This document shows, one piece after another, positions 38,544 to 52,338 of a stretch of 64,000 nt of DNA. Made by a program: the position numbers and the translations under genes. A model generated the notes under the pieces. That model was not told where the DNA came from. It saw only the letters and a list, made by a program, of their open reading frames with translations, and did not search any database. The first letter of the stretch is position 1; each line of letters opens with the position of its first letter. The stretch lies in assembly GCF_022539665.2 (NCBI RefSeq), contig NC_081334.1, positions 1,612,001 through 1,676,000 on the forward strand, read 5' to 3'. Source of the stretch: Daphnia carinata. Lineage: Eukaryota.

Positions 38544-41500
38544 TCATTCAACGTCCACCTTCAGCCGAGAAACTGCAACCGCGTACAGCTAAAATTTGAA
38601 AAATAGTGGGAAATATTTAGAGTCTACGACGAACTTATACCACTACGAAGCATTAGCGGATGCTTTTTTTGGTATTTCTGTTTAGCAATCAATCGCATTT
38701 GCAGGAACAGATATTTAGCGTCACTCGTTTTGTTTACGGACGGTTGCACGGAATAGCAAACTACGGCTGCTCGGTATAAATACGTCCGAATAAATCCTGT
38801 TTAGAACAGTACAATGCTGACCGCCACGACGAATGGAAGCCTTCTGCTCGCGCTCTCCTGTTTCTTTTTCGTCCGGTGTTGGGCAACTGAATCGCCAGAA
38901 TTGAGCTATTTGCAGTGCGTCCATATGCGAACGCTCAATTCCAGAAAGGTCCTCATTTTCCCACTTGATCAAATGGATTTGAAACAGCCAGGACCATCTA
39001 CGTGCGCTGAAAGTTGTATCCAAATCAACGAGACCTATGTTTACTTCTTCGTTCACGTTCCCGCTGGTGGCAGTTTCACCAACAAACTCGTCTGCGGTTG
39101 CGGAAATGCTGCTGCCCTACTGTCCGTTCCCTTGTCACTAGACAGTTCGTGTAATCTACCTTGTCCCCTAGGGAAAAATTCCACCGATGAATACATCGAC
39201 GCAGTTCAAATAACCGGTGGTTCTGTTGCAACTGGTGTGATGGAACCATGGTTTCCGGACCGGCCTGCTGTAACGACTCAAAGCAAAGGTCCTCGATTCC
39301 TTGCTCTACCAGGAGGGATTCCGGCGAGCCAGAAAAACACAACTAAACGTCGGAGACGGCCTGCTGCGACCCATCGCACATGTGGCGATGGTCACGGTTT
39401 ACTGAGTGTATACGAATTCTCCCAGAATGGTTACGCCAGTAGCAGTCAACTAAAGATGGTGGCACTACTCGTTACCCTTCTACGCTATGTAATGTAAAAT
39501 CTTCTTTCAACGGAAGTCCTTTGTTGACGATTACGGGCAAGTAAATAGAATGAAAAATCATGTAACTCACCTCGTCAAATGGCGAGTCCATAAATAACTC
39601 GTGAAGAAAACGACGCGCGCGCAATCGGTACCCGTAAGTGGCCAGTACGTGGCACACGTCTGAGAAGAGACATACGTCATGAAAAGCCCATGGAAATCTC
39701 TGTTTTAACCTAGTTGGCAACTATATATTGTAAACAAGCTTTCAATATTAACTGCACAATGTTATATGCAAACCTGAGAAGACCTTGTTCATTTGCATTC
39801 AAACCAACGGAGCTCCCCATATTTGTTACAAGTCTTAATAATTCTTTTCGAACTAGCCACTTCTCCTCCTCGGTTTGTTCTGTTATTTAAACAAAAAAAA
39901 TATGTAAGTTTGATTAGAATGCTTGTTAACGGAATAAAGTATTGCAAAAACTTGCTTGTGTCTAGTTCCACGACCGCGGATGGATCTTTGGAGCAAACGA
40001 TGCAGTTCTGCCATTGATGAACAAATTGTGGCTCTTCATTGAGTGTCATGTTGGAAAAACTGGTGGCAGGCATCGGAGGAACTGGTTGCTCAAACCAATT
40101 CGCAGGTGGATGGAGGTATGACAGTTGAATCGGCAAGCAGAGTCCAATGTAACAACCAGACCTGTTGCTCAAAGAGCTCAAAAGACGGGGCCTTCTTTTG
40201 TACGGCAATGATTTTAAACGACTCAGAATGGAACCGATGCGATTGAGTTGATACTCAAAATGTAATGGTGCTGTATCTCTTTCTTCTCTATTGTCCTCTT
40301 CACTGGACGCTTCCTCGGCAGCAGAAGAAGAGAAGGTTTCTTCTGTTGAACACATCGCTCCATCCGTCAATTCGGAGCGAATCAACTGGATAGGTTCAGT
40401 GTCTGGTGGTAGAAAGGAATTTTGTTTCGACGACGATCGCACAGGCAAAGAAAAGCGTTTAGATCTACGTAAGCGTAAACTAGTACGCAATTTACTCCAA
40501 ATGCGAGACTCTCTTTTTGGTCTCGCTGTCGGAGAAGTAGGAACCGCACATGACACACCATCTGCCATTGTGTAGTGCGAATCGCTGAAGCTGCGGAAGT
40601 GAGGAACATATTCCTGTCCAGGAGTTTGAACCGAAAGAGGCAACGTGTACGCTCGTCGGCAACTCCGAATGGCATCTTCCGACATGGGCACGTCTGAAGA
40701 ATGGTCAGAGTCCGAATCAAAATTGATGGACGAGCCTTCGAGTGAGTATGGCTGTGAATCTGTTTCCCAACAACCATTCGGTTGCTCAACTGAGCCACTT
40801 CTTTGTCTCGGAGTTGATGTTAATATCGATGCTGCTCTCGTATCATCTCTTTCGTCAGCTGCAAATGTAACACTGTGACAGGAACTCTGGCTAACGGTAC
40901 GAGGACGGTCGCGCACGACACTGAGACTAGCATTGTCTTTCAATATCAGTGGGTCACTGACATGTTGGAAACAGAAGGAATTCCACTCGGAATCGTCCAA
41001 CACATGCCATAGTTCACCGTGATGTCGTTTGATGGAAGCCCAACCTAAAAAAAAGAAACTTGTGAATGAAATTTTTATGTTTATTCAAATGAAAATTACC
41101 AAATTGAGCAAGAATGTCGACTCCAGCGCTCGTCATGGCGATCAGGTTTAGAGCGAAAAAAGCTGTGCCTCTTAGAGTCAATACAGATGAAAATGACGCA
41201 ATACGAACCAAGGCTTCCACTACTTGAGCCGATTCTAGCAACGCCACACCGGATTCCGAAGTTCCTAAATGAGCACATGCCCACACAGCCGCTTTGAGCT
41301 CTAATATCTCTTCATCAGTTTCAATGGAGGCATTTGTAACCACCTGAAAACGTAACAAAGCTAGGTATTAGCTTGAAAGTAAAATTTTAAAATTCCAAGA
41401 GAAACTTGTTACCGAAAATAGCTTGGATAGCTGTCCTGAGGTACGCAAAAAATCTAACCCTTCTCTATGCTGATTTAACTGGGAAAAAAGATGCGGGGGC

Positions 41501-44500
41501 ATAGGCAAGTCTCGTATTGCATGGCGCACGTTGCTCAGACGGCCATACCGACCTAAGAAATAGTTTAAGATTTATTATGACAACATCACGATTTTATTTT
41601 GAATTTGGAAAGATACCATCTTCCGCTCGCTGATGCTGAGTCAGACCGTCGGCTAAATCACTTTCAACTAACTGGACATAACTGTAGGAAAGAGAATGTG
41701 GAAAATTTAGTGTGTTATTACAGTTGGATACTTTGTTATTTTACCGAATATTTAAATTGCTAATCCAGTGATCCAACTCTTTCTGAACAAGGGACACTTT
41801 CCCATTCTCCGAATCCGTGGAAGTTTCAAGCCAATGTTTGAATCCAGCTGGGAGCGACAGCGTTTTAATTAGTAGCAATCGAGCACGAGAATCTAAATGC
41901 TGCTTTTCCTGTTCCTGAATTAGCTGAACGAACTGCGTCTGGAGCGAGATCAATACCTCAATGCATGCCTGTGTAGAAGATGTATTGATTAAAAGGTAAA
42001 TGCAACTGGAGTAAATTATTACTGGATCGTCTGTTGCTTCATCTAGAATATCTGCAGCAGTTATGACTACGGCACGACTTTTATCATTTAGTTGACCAAG
42101 TAGCAACGGAATAGCCCACTTTGCAAGAATGCTGGTCGTCCCATATTCTTCTGTCGCTCGCAGTAGAACGCGAACATGATTTGTCGCATAAATTCGACCA
42201 GAATCGACAGGTCCAAGTAAGATCTTTTTCAAGATAGCTCTGAGGTAGAAATAATTCCGCGTTATTCAATGGCAACAGTCTCAGTTAAGTAGTTGTCTTT
42301 TTTCTACCTGGCATATCCGTCGGTGTGAAAGTCAAGTGTGGAAACGATCACTTTCAGATAACAATCATGGTTCGTGCTCGCTACCAATTCTAAAAGACTG
42401 TAAATACCAAAATAACGTAAATTTAAATCACTCGTTAACAGTTCGATGAACAAGAAAATACTCTTGAAAAATGCCGGCCTTTTCTAAGGCATTAATTCCG
42501 TTGGTGGTGCTGCTCAATCGGCCAATAAGTAAGAAGTAATCCTGGCAAGCTGTTGTGGAAAGTCGACCAGGGCTGAGAAGGCAATCATGGGCTGAAGAAG
42601 CTAGTGATATATCTCTGATTGCACTACTGACATCGTCAAGGAATTCGGACAAGATTTTGTCGCACTCAAACTTTAAAAAAATTTGAATTAACATCGAAAT
42701 CTAAATAGCCAGGTTTTCAAAAGTAAGAATTACCTCTTCGACAACTGTAAGAGAATCCATCAAGTGGCAACCAACAGAAGAATAGAGGCGGGTCCGGTTG
42801 TTACTAAATTCGTACTGGCAAAACTGGTTGCTGCTGGGCTTGTAAAACTGCATTACTCGGCGAATAATCGAGCGTAAGATGGAGTCTTCCAAAGCACAAG
42901 AATTCATCTTACTCCACTAGCAAATAAACAAAACATTTCAAGTTTACTGTGAACATTTACTTCTGACAAACCAAATTTACCGCGAGAAGATTGGACAAGA
43001 CAGACCAGTTCCAGAGCAATGGGTCTTTCTGTGCTAAAACACCACAGTCTCGTGAAAGCGCCGAGAGAATGCCATCGGGATCTCTGCTGGAACGCATCTG
43101 TAAATCTTATAATTTAAAAATCTGAATGTTTTTCATAGTACACAACTTATTACTTCCGATTCCATTTCTCCATTATTCTGGAACTCCTGGTCGTCTCGAT
43201 TAGTGGCAATAGAATTCTCGTCAATTTTCTTATTTTTCACTGAATAACTTTTTCCGTTGTTGGAAGCTCTTCGTTCTAGTTCAACAATCTGCTTGAGAGC
43301 CAAACTGTACGGAGCGATTCCTTTTTTCTTAAGCTGATGAATTTTTGAGAGGGCTGCTGCTGCTTGAGCGGCTCGATGGCGCTTTACTGGATCGCTTTTG
43401 AGGGAAGTAATGCTGTCGACTAGTTGAGGAAGACACATCTTTGTACCATGGCACGACGGTGGTAATAGCGTACTACCAAGATGTAACAATTCACCTGTTA
43501 ATAGTAAACAGAAAGATGCTTTAGCACTATGGATGGGTTTTATAGATAGTCTGTTATAATACCAAGTAAAATCGTAGCTCGAACAGAGATGAAAGTGTCA
43601 CTAGTTACAATTACTTCCACCAGTGTCTGAACAAGTCGCGCTTCCACCAAGCAATACACTAGAAGGGCCGTATGATTCAGTACTAAGTTTGGCCTGAACT
43701 TTGAAATATGCGGTAGCAAGCATTTTCCTTCTGCGGCTACATAACCCTCTTGAAGTTTCCAGGCATCTCGTACGCGGGAGGGATCAGTGGCTAGAAGCGC
43801 AACAGGAAATTCATCTGTCCATTCTGGAAGTGGTAATCGCAGCAACGTATAGAAGAATTCTAACATTGATTTCTATAAAACAAAGTATTATAATAAAATG
43901 TATCTCTAAATCCTTTAAGAAGGCGACACAACTTGCCCTGGTTTCTAAATGACAGGGTAGTAAGACCCGGACCAAGTCTTCTAGAATATTGCAGCTCATG
44001 ACATGTAATACTCCATTCCAAGATCTGAGCACCGTGAGAAGGGCTTGCTTAGCACAAAGCAGGCGGAGCTCACGGTCATCTGTCGTGTCGGTGGAAGTGT
44101 TATTCCCTTCCCCTGAGTCTGCATGGTGTTTGTAGTGAAAATCAGTATAGGGGGCAATCAGAAACCGCAAATTCAGTTTCGAAAGCTCTCGCCGTTGCTC
44201 CGTGTCAAGCAAGTAGAGCAGTGAAGCCACCATAGCTTCCTGCATACGAGCGGAAGAGCAGTCCAAGACTGCAGAAGAGAAACATCGAACACCTCCGCTT
44301 GCAACGAACACAGACGGGTTAACGATACCTAATCGGATAACATTAGTTAGCTTGCAGATATTTTGAATTTAATCGCTTTAAAAGCGACTCACAGAGCTCA
44401 GCAAGAATAGCCAAAGATGCTCGAACCAATCTGTCTTTTTCCTTTGTGCCGTCAAAAGCCAAGGCCACAATTGATCGACCCAAGGCAACAGGGAATAACA

Positions 44501-45406
44501 AAGGGTCAATCAACAGCAATCTCCTGCATAGTCTCAGGGCCTGAGCCCGTTCTGCCATATTATCCACCAGCACATCCAAACACCTAATGGAAGATTTAGT
44601 TGATGACTTTGTTTCTTGAAATGCCCCATTTTCATACAATACTTTGCAATGAAGAACTGCAGATCTGCTTCCACCAATTTCTTCGTATACTCTTCATTTC
44701 TTAGGCACAACCTGATCACTCTTAAGCCTGCAGCTCTTACTGCTTTGCTGTCGTTAATCAATGCAATCCTCAAACTAGAAAACAGGTTCAATTTCTACTA
44801 ATATTCAGGGAAATATAATAGTATTAATGATGAAACCATATGAAGAAATCCAAGCTGTCAAGTCCGATGCTGTCACAACCTTTTTTCTCAATGTGCTTTG
44901 AAATCACATTTAACACCGATCCTACATGAGGTTTGGCAAGATTGAAAGAATCCTTACAACACATTTGCAGCAAAGCATCTCTAATGCTTGGAGTTGCATC
45001 TATGAATTTTGGAAGAGAAAAAGAAAGTCCGTGAAAAACAAAACTTCACGGCAAAATACAGACAAGTTTACCAGTTTGAGCACCATTCGCACATGTCGAG
45101 GAAACTAGCACGTCGGATGTAGCATTGACTATAGCATTGAAAAAAAAAAAACAGAGTTCATAGATTAATAATATGAAACCTACGCTTGCTGTACGTAAAT
45201 AACATTTGTCTGAATGTTAATGTATTCTCGGATACCAAAATGAATTTAAGATTTACTTTTGACAGTTCGCCCCACTCGTCGAGGCGCCTCCATTTTCGAA
45301 GGTTGACAAACAATTGAGCGAAGGAACGCGCGCAATTTAAGTTTTTTGTTTGAACAAGAAACGTGTTTCCCGATAGCAAATGAATCGGTTCGAGCGTCAC
45401 TGCCAT
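38544..45406 (-). CDS. RICTOR: Rapamycin-insensitive companion of mTOR
   Basis: CLRIALINDSKAVRAAGLR, AERAQALRLCRR, PNPSVFVASGGVR, AWKLQEGYVAAEGK, ISVRATILLGELL, FYKPSSNQF, LPMPPHLFSQL, LELKAAVWACAHLG, YRLRARRFLHELF. Last exon 38588-38544 (LYAVAVSRLKVDVE*). The start could be 45205 or 45406. Confidence 0.93.
38814..39497 (+). CDS. Secreted/surface WSC-domain protein, intronless, nested antisense in the last RICTOR intron
   Basis: Signal-peptide-like N-terminus; YLQC..CAESC..CGCGN..SCNLPCP..(insert)..TCGDG..LLSVY fits the WSC cysteine pattern; short hydrophobic C-terminus. Confidence 0.75.
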   Translation: MLTATTNGSLLLALSCFFFVRCWATESPELSYLQCVHMRTLNSRKVLIFPLDQMDLKQPGPSTCAESCIQINETYVYFFVHVPAGGSFTNKLVCGCGNAAALLSVPLSLDSSCNLPCPLGKNSTDEYIDAVQITGGSVATGVMEPWFPDRPAVTTQSKGPRFLALPGGIPASQKNTTKRRRRPAATHRTCGDGHGLLSVYEFSQNGYASSSQLKMVALLVTLLRYVM

Positions 45407-46379
45407 TTAATATTCGCATTCAGGGCTGAGTTATAATTATAGTTGCAATTCATTTCGAAGATGAAAGCTTTTCCAACTTACCTACTTCATCCATAGTTAG
45501 CTATTTTATCAACAGTCACATTAATCGTGTGATTTACGGCTAAAATAAAAACAGCACATCTTAACATAAACGTGTTAAGTTGGGTAACACGTCAATCAGA
45601 ACTTCTACGTGTTTTAAATTTTTTAATGAATAGATGAATTAACACATGCATCCAGTGTGAACTAGGTTTCGTTGTCTGACAAGCTCTTTTCTACGGAAAG
45701 TGAGTTATGCTACTTTATTAAATTGTTATTGGAGGGAAAATTTAACACAACAATTAAAATATTAAATGTCATGATTTATAATTAAATTTAAAGTATTGAT
45801 GTGTGTACAAACTACCATGAGGTGGCGCTAAAGTAGTGGCAAGTTACACTAATTTCAATGAAACACATCGTTACTGCAAAACAATATTTTATTAAATAAA
45901 ACAAATATTATAAAGATAAACAAGTATTCGTATTGCATTTAAGAAACTAAAAAATACAACAAAACAGCCTTTGCATGAGGAAAGCCAGAAATGAAAAACG
46001 TCAGGCACATGGTTAAGCACCGCCGCTACGGCTGAGACTAGATTGCGTGAAATTCGCATTCGAGATAGGTATTTTGTAGGTTTCTTTCATTTGTAATTGT
46101 CAATATCACTTTTGTGTTTATTTTCAATTATGCAATCGGTAGCGCATCAAATTCCCTTCAAAGTTCATCTGTTTTTTCCCCAAAATGTTTTATTTTACTT
46201 TATAAAAGGAAGAAAAATGGTACTGGGGTCGTTGTTAACGCAGTTTCCTCATGAAATCAACGGTATATAAGAGTTCGCAATACAAATATGTATTGGCGTG
46301 CGTACATCTGGTGATTTACAGGATCCCATCTCGAGAGAATGTCATATAAGCGAACAAGTGTTGGGCGAGAGCGGTGATT

Positions 46380-46702
46380 AGTGAGCGATAGGTAATATGA
46401 TAACAGTGCGCGATGCTAGTGGGCGAATTAAAGGCAAATGAAAAGGTAGCAGAATTACAGTGAGCGATGCTAGTGGGCGAATTGAAGGCAAATCAAAATA
46501 AGAAGCAGAATTACAGTGAGCGATGCTAGTGGGCGAATTAAAGGCAAATGAAAAGGTAGCAGAATTACAGTGAGCGATGCTAGTGGGCGAATTAAAGGCA
46601 AGTAAAAAAAGTAGGAGAATTACAGTGAGCGATGCTAGTGAGCGAATTAAAGGCAAATAAAAAAAAGTAGCAGAATTACAGTGGGCGATTCAAGTGAGCG
46701 AA
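46380..46702. repeat. Minisatellite, 54-56 bp unit AGAATTACAGTGAGCGATGCTAGTGGGCGAATTAAAGGCAAATGAAAAGGTAGC, ~6 copies
   Basis: Units start at 46451, 46507, 46561, 46616 and 46672, with a degenerate copy upstream. Confidence 0.92.
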
Positions 46703-47221
46703 GAACGGAAAAATAGTGGATGAAATAAAATATGACAGACGAATGGGATACCTGGATATACCTGAATGTACGCACGCCTTTTTTCTTCTATTGCATAACT
46801 GAAAATTCTTAAGCTTCTACGGGAATTCTTTTTTGTTCGGATATTCTCGCTCCTTTGCCTAAAAAAACAATACAAGTGACATTTATTATTTATATCTGGT
46901 ATTCGTCCTATTTCATGTTCTACAACTAAAATCTATACATCTAACATAAAAAGTTTTTTTTTGCGACAACAGTTTCAATCCCCATAAAACAAAGTCATTC
47001 TTGGGCTGCACAGAGTCCACGCAAATTAGAAGTTTACTGCATTAAACTTGTAAGATAAGAAGAATTTGCAACTTAATTTAGCTACGATTTTGTGATGCGT
47101 TTAAATCTCGTGACGGTATGTACCAATTTAGTCTTAGCATTTATTTTTATTTAGGAATCGAGATGCATTAGTTACAACCTTATATTTAAAGATGCTTATA
47201 ATTTCCCAGTTTAATAATCTA

Positions 47222-48342
47222 TCACAGCCGCACGCAATTTTGCGTCGAAGGATAATTTGGTAGATCGAGCTCATATTTTGTAGCTAATGCAGGGGCAATA
47301 AAGCGACCTCCTAAATAATGGATGCCTCGAAAAAAAGTTGCACACCTATAAAAACGTAATAAATTTCAAAATCATAATTAATTTATATTTTAAAAAAAGA
47401 AGAAAAGGAATCAATTCCAGATCTCAAATAACGTCAAAAATTAATACTGTACAATTTCGGCGCAGACAAAGAAATCAGCATCGCAGGTTTAATATGATTC
47501 GCCGGATCAACTGGTCCATTTTCAACATCCCATCCTACAAGCATATTGAAAATAGAATGGTAAACATAATTATACCAAGTAGTTAGCATTATTTTGAGTC
47601 AGGGTGTGATAATACCACTAGGAATATCAATGCTGCAACATGGTGTTGATGTTTGTACCATGGTGTTAATAACCTCACAAAATTCTTGTCGAATGGGGGG
47701 TTTAAAGCTAAAGCCAAATAATGCATCCACAATAAGTGAATATTTTGTGTTTAGCTCCTCATGGCCAGGAAATGATGACAGAAATGGAATTTCAAACAGC
47801 TCACACTGCTTCGTTAGATTTTCATACAGAATTTTGGCAGGGCGTTTAGGATAAAAGATCTCTGGAAGGTAACTATTGGAAAAAATTGTTTGATATTCCA
47901 AAAAAGAAATGTATCAGCATGATTCTTATTACCCAAACATTTTCAAATGTCTTGCACACACAAGTCCATCCCCACCATTATTCCCAGGACCTACAACAAC
48001 TAAAACATTTTTGGATTCTGGGTATTCTTCTGCTATTGCTGATGCACAGCTAATTGTTCCAACAAAATGACATTAAAAATATGACATTAACACAAAACTA
48101 CATGCACATATTTTCCTTTACCTTAATCCAGCCAGTTCCATTAATTGTTCAACCCCAAAATAATTAAACAGCTCCTCGTCTAGTTTAATTGCCTCAGCTT
48201 GTTTCAAATAACGGGGCTGCATCTTAAAGGAATGTATCAATCGTGTCTGCCAACTGCGTTGACTACATCCAAAGATGTTGTAGGTGCTATTAACAAAATT
48301 AAAAGTTAAAATTTTGTCGACGACGCAGATAGCAGAACGCAT
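47222..48342 (-). CDS. NAXE: NAD(P)H-hydrate epimerase (YjeF-N)
   Basis: [78 protein letters not shown]. Confidence 0.95.
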
Positions 48343-49406
48343 TGTAAACGAATAAGTGAAGATGACGGACAACTGTTTGCCATGTTTTCAAATTTCTGTT
48401 TTTCAGTTTATGTAATCTTTAGCTAGGGAGAAAGTAATACTAATAGTCTAATAGATAACTAGAAATTATTCTTATATCTATCTTTGCTTTTTCCTTTAGT
48501 TTTCGCCCCACCCCACCTGGCTCTGACTGCTCTCATTGCTCTAGACGAAATTAACAATTGCCGCGCAATATTTTTCCGAATTGAACCGTAACAATTCGAA
48601 TCAAATCACGATGTTTGGGAATTAGCATTAAAAAGCCACTCCGGATTCCATTAGAAACGCAAACTTCCTTCGTGAATTAATTTCCAACAAACTTCGAAAA
48701 AAAGAGGAAATTATGCCAGTTAAGTCGGCATCTCGTCTAGCAAATTTAATTAACCACAAACCTCGGTTGAGCCGAAAAAATAACCTAATAAAATAAAACA
48801 AACGTATGCGGCGATGTTTCAGTTACGCATACAAATGTCAAAAATTGTTATTATTTTATGACGTTTCGTTTACCTTCAAAATTGTCATTTCTTGGGCAAA
48901 TTGCTTGTACGACAAATTTTTGAGTTAGCCCGCATTTGAAATGTAGATACCTCTTTAAAATATGGAATACACCCTTCTAAATGTGGAAACGCCTTCCAAA
49001 TGTATGGTACAAATTTGAATCACGTAGTTCTGAAATGAGACGATTGTAAAAACAAAAAGGTGTGTTTCTGCATTTACATGGACTATGGATATGCCGATCC
49101 CTAAATGTAGTAATTCTCCCCTAACTTCTTGTGGGCTTTAAGAATTCACCTGATTGAAGTTGGGTCCACTGTAAAAAAAAAAAAAAAAAAAAAATTAATT
49201 CTTCCTGTATTGCATGTGGGATGGTGTTGAATGTCTGGTGGTTGTACAAATAGGTTCACTTGAGCCACTCACTATCCAGTTATCATATGTCATTATGCTG
49301 GTGCAGTAGGATCAGGCAAGCTAGGAATTCTTTTCTCTAATTACACATTGACGTAGACCTTCACCAAGGTAGATCACTTTGTCAGAGGGAATGTACATAT
49401 GTATTT

Positions 49407-49909
49407 TTAATTTCGGCTGAAAAAAGAAGATGTGTAGTAGATGAGAATGAAAAAGGCAAATATAAGAAATCCTATATAACACATAGTTTTTCTGTTACTA
49501 CTTCCCATTGTCAAAATATTTTTTACTCTTCCCATGCTTTTCCCCAGTAAGCTGTGTGAGCTGTCAAAATCATCAACCATTCCATTTAAAAAGTTGTTTT
49601 GATCCTTTGTTTCATGTTCAATTTCAAATGCCAGCTGCACATAAACAAGAAATTGTATACAACTCTTTTACATTTAAATAGAATAACTTACATTTTTTAA
49701 TCGTGACACTTTGCCAGCAAGTTCCTGGGCAAGACGTTCATTTTGTTCCTCTACCAAGTCATCTTGAGCGGGACCTAAATAAAATTAAACAACTGTGAGT
49801 GGCGGTCGGGAAACTCTGCCTTCCGAAAAACAAGTAGAACATGAAGCTACGTTGTAAGTCAACGTAATAATGTATACTTTAACGACGAATAAAAATTTTC
49901 TATACCCAT
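49407..49909 (-). CDS. BET1L: BET1-like Golgi Qc-SNARE (GS15)
   Basis: EEQNERLAQELAGKVSRLKN|LAFEIEHETKDQNNFLNGMVDDFDS..SNRKTMC followed by a C-terminal TM helix. The start is inferred from a 4-nt first coding exon (ATG G|GT). Confidence 0.85.
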
Positions 49910-50454
49910 CGCGGAGTATCCCCACTCGTTAGTTTTTTTCCTATGCGCAATTTTTGTTGTTGTATTAAATCTCTAGTTAAAAATGAACAAGCATGAAATG
50001 CATTGTATGATGACGATTACTGTACTGACGAAACGAGACGTGTCACTGCATCATAGCATCAACCACTTCCTTAACATTAAATAGTGAAGTGGCAGTAATA
50101 TACTCTTTGGCCACCAGATGGGAATTTTTGCTGCCAATGGCACCATCTGTTGAGCAGATCAGCACTGACAAAACACAACAAAAGCAAGTGTCAGTTATGG
50201 TCCGAAACATAAAACAGGAAGTTAGTACCAAACTATCGTTGCTGGATATTGGGTTCATTTTCACTAAGGCGGTTGTTCCGAGCTTCTCCGCCAAAGTCAT
50301 TGATTATTATCCGCAACTATACTCTAGCAAAGGGTATATTTCATGATACTTAATTGTGCATCGCTCTTCCCTGTTAATTCAAGAAACAATAGCATTCACC
50401 TTTTATTTCAACGTTTGGAAGTGGTTTACCCTTCGCGCAATTTGTAGGAATTTA

Positions 50455-52338
50455 ATGGAGATATTTATCAAAAAATCGTTTTGTAGCTTAGTGCTACTTA
50501 ATATTTTATCATTGTGCTACTGCCTAGACAATGGCTTAGCACTAAGTCCACCCATGGGATGGCTAGCATGGCAGAGATTTAGATGCAACACTGACTGTGA
50601 AAATGACCCAAAGCATTGTATCAGGTATGGCATTTATTCATACCATGTGTGTTAAATTCAGAAATAAATATTGAGTTTCTAATCAATTTTAGTGAGAGAT
50701 TATTTATGGAGATGGCTGATCTTATGGTCTCAGAGGGCTATGTTAAAGCTGGTTATAACTTAATCAGTTTGGATGACTGCTGGTTGGATAAGAAAAGAGG
50801 TTCCGATGGGAGGCTGAGACCTGATCCTCTCCGGTTTCCGAGCGGCATTCGCGCACTGTCCAATTATGTAAAACAAATTTTCTCGTTAACTAAAGCCATC
50901 GGAGTTTAGAAGTTTTTGTGTGCTATCCAATAGATACATTCTCGTGGATTGAAATTCGGAATTTACGAAGATTACGGCAACTACACTTGCGCCGGCTATC
51001 CGGTGAAAAAAATTGTTTATTTGTTATCGCTTATTTATTGTCTCATTTTGTTTCATTCAATGCAGGGTATATTAAACCACATGGAATTGGATGCTCAGAC
51101 ATTTGCAGACTGGCAAGTTGATTATGTTAAATTAGATGGGTGCTATTCCTTTCCATCTCAAATGGATAAAGGTAACGGTAATGTGTTGAATGCTTCGTGT
51201 TCGAACTGACCTATTATTCTTTTCACATGTTCCAGGGTATCCTGAATTTGGATATTTCCTAAATCGAACTGAACGTCCGATGATATATTCATGTTCCTGG
51301 CCATTCTATCAATTGATAAACAAAATGGAGGTGTGTTTTATATATTTTTTCATCTTACTATGCTGATATTGTCGTTTCCATTTAGCCCGATTATAAAACC
51401 ATCAGTAATATCTGTCACCTGTGGCGTAACTTCGAAGATATTCAGGTATTTTTGTGGACATGTTTTTACAGTTACAAGTTAGAAGTTATGTCGTCAATTG
51501 TACTTGGTAGGATTCCTGGCAAAGCGTTACTTCTATTATTGATTATTACGGAGATAACCAAGAAACGTTGATTCCTCTCGCCGGACCTGGACATTGGAAT
51601 GACCCGGACATGGTAACAGTTTTATTGGTTTTAACAAAAGATGAAACTAAAGTAATTTTTACGATAATCTTCCACAGTTGATTATTGGAAACTTTGGTTT
51701 GAGTTACGAACAGAGCCGCGCTCAGATGTGCATGTGGGCCATCATGGCTTCTCCGCTACTGATGTCAGTCGATTTAAGAACCATACGCCCTGAATTCAAA
51801 GCGATCTTGCAAAACAGTGAAATTATCGCTGTAAATCAGGACCCGTTGGGAGTCCAAGGACGAAGAATTTACAAAGTAAGTTCATTGAAATTGATTACCG
51901 GAAATGTACATCAAATTTAAACTCTTTCTCTCCTTACCTGTTTTTTTTTCTGGGGTGGGGTTGTGCCATTTTTAGAAGCAGGGCGTGGAAATCTGGACCA
52001 AACCAGTATTACCAATGAACGGGAAAAAATTTTCGTGGGCCGTGGTCGTCCTTAATCGACGTGTAGATGGTACACCGTCGCAAGTAACTGTTCCGTTACG
52101 TGAATTAGGTTTAGATTCAGAGGAGGGCTACCACGTTCGCGAACTCAACGACCACAAAGACATCGGTTTTCTCTCAAAAGATCAGGCAATACGTGTTGAC
52201 GTCAATCCTTCAGGTAACACGCTTACACACGAACGTGCTCCGGTGCTATTTCTGAAAGCGTCTTATAACTCCTCTTGCATCCCAGGTGTCGTCATGCTTA
52301 AGTGCACTATCCAACGAGTGCCTCCGTTCAGCCCCTAA
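50455..52338 (+). CDS. GH27 alpha-N-acetylgalactosaminidase / alpha-galactosidase
   Basis: Signal peptide, [39 protein letters not shown] (nucleophile), LWRNFEDI (acid/base), [17 protein letters not shown]. Confidence 0.95.

Noticed and set aside
46378..46656. 92-aa minus-strand ORF
   Set aside because: It is a translation of the minisatellite.
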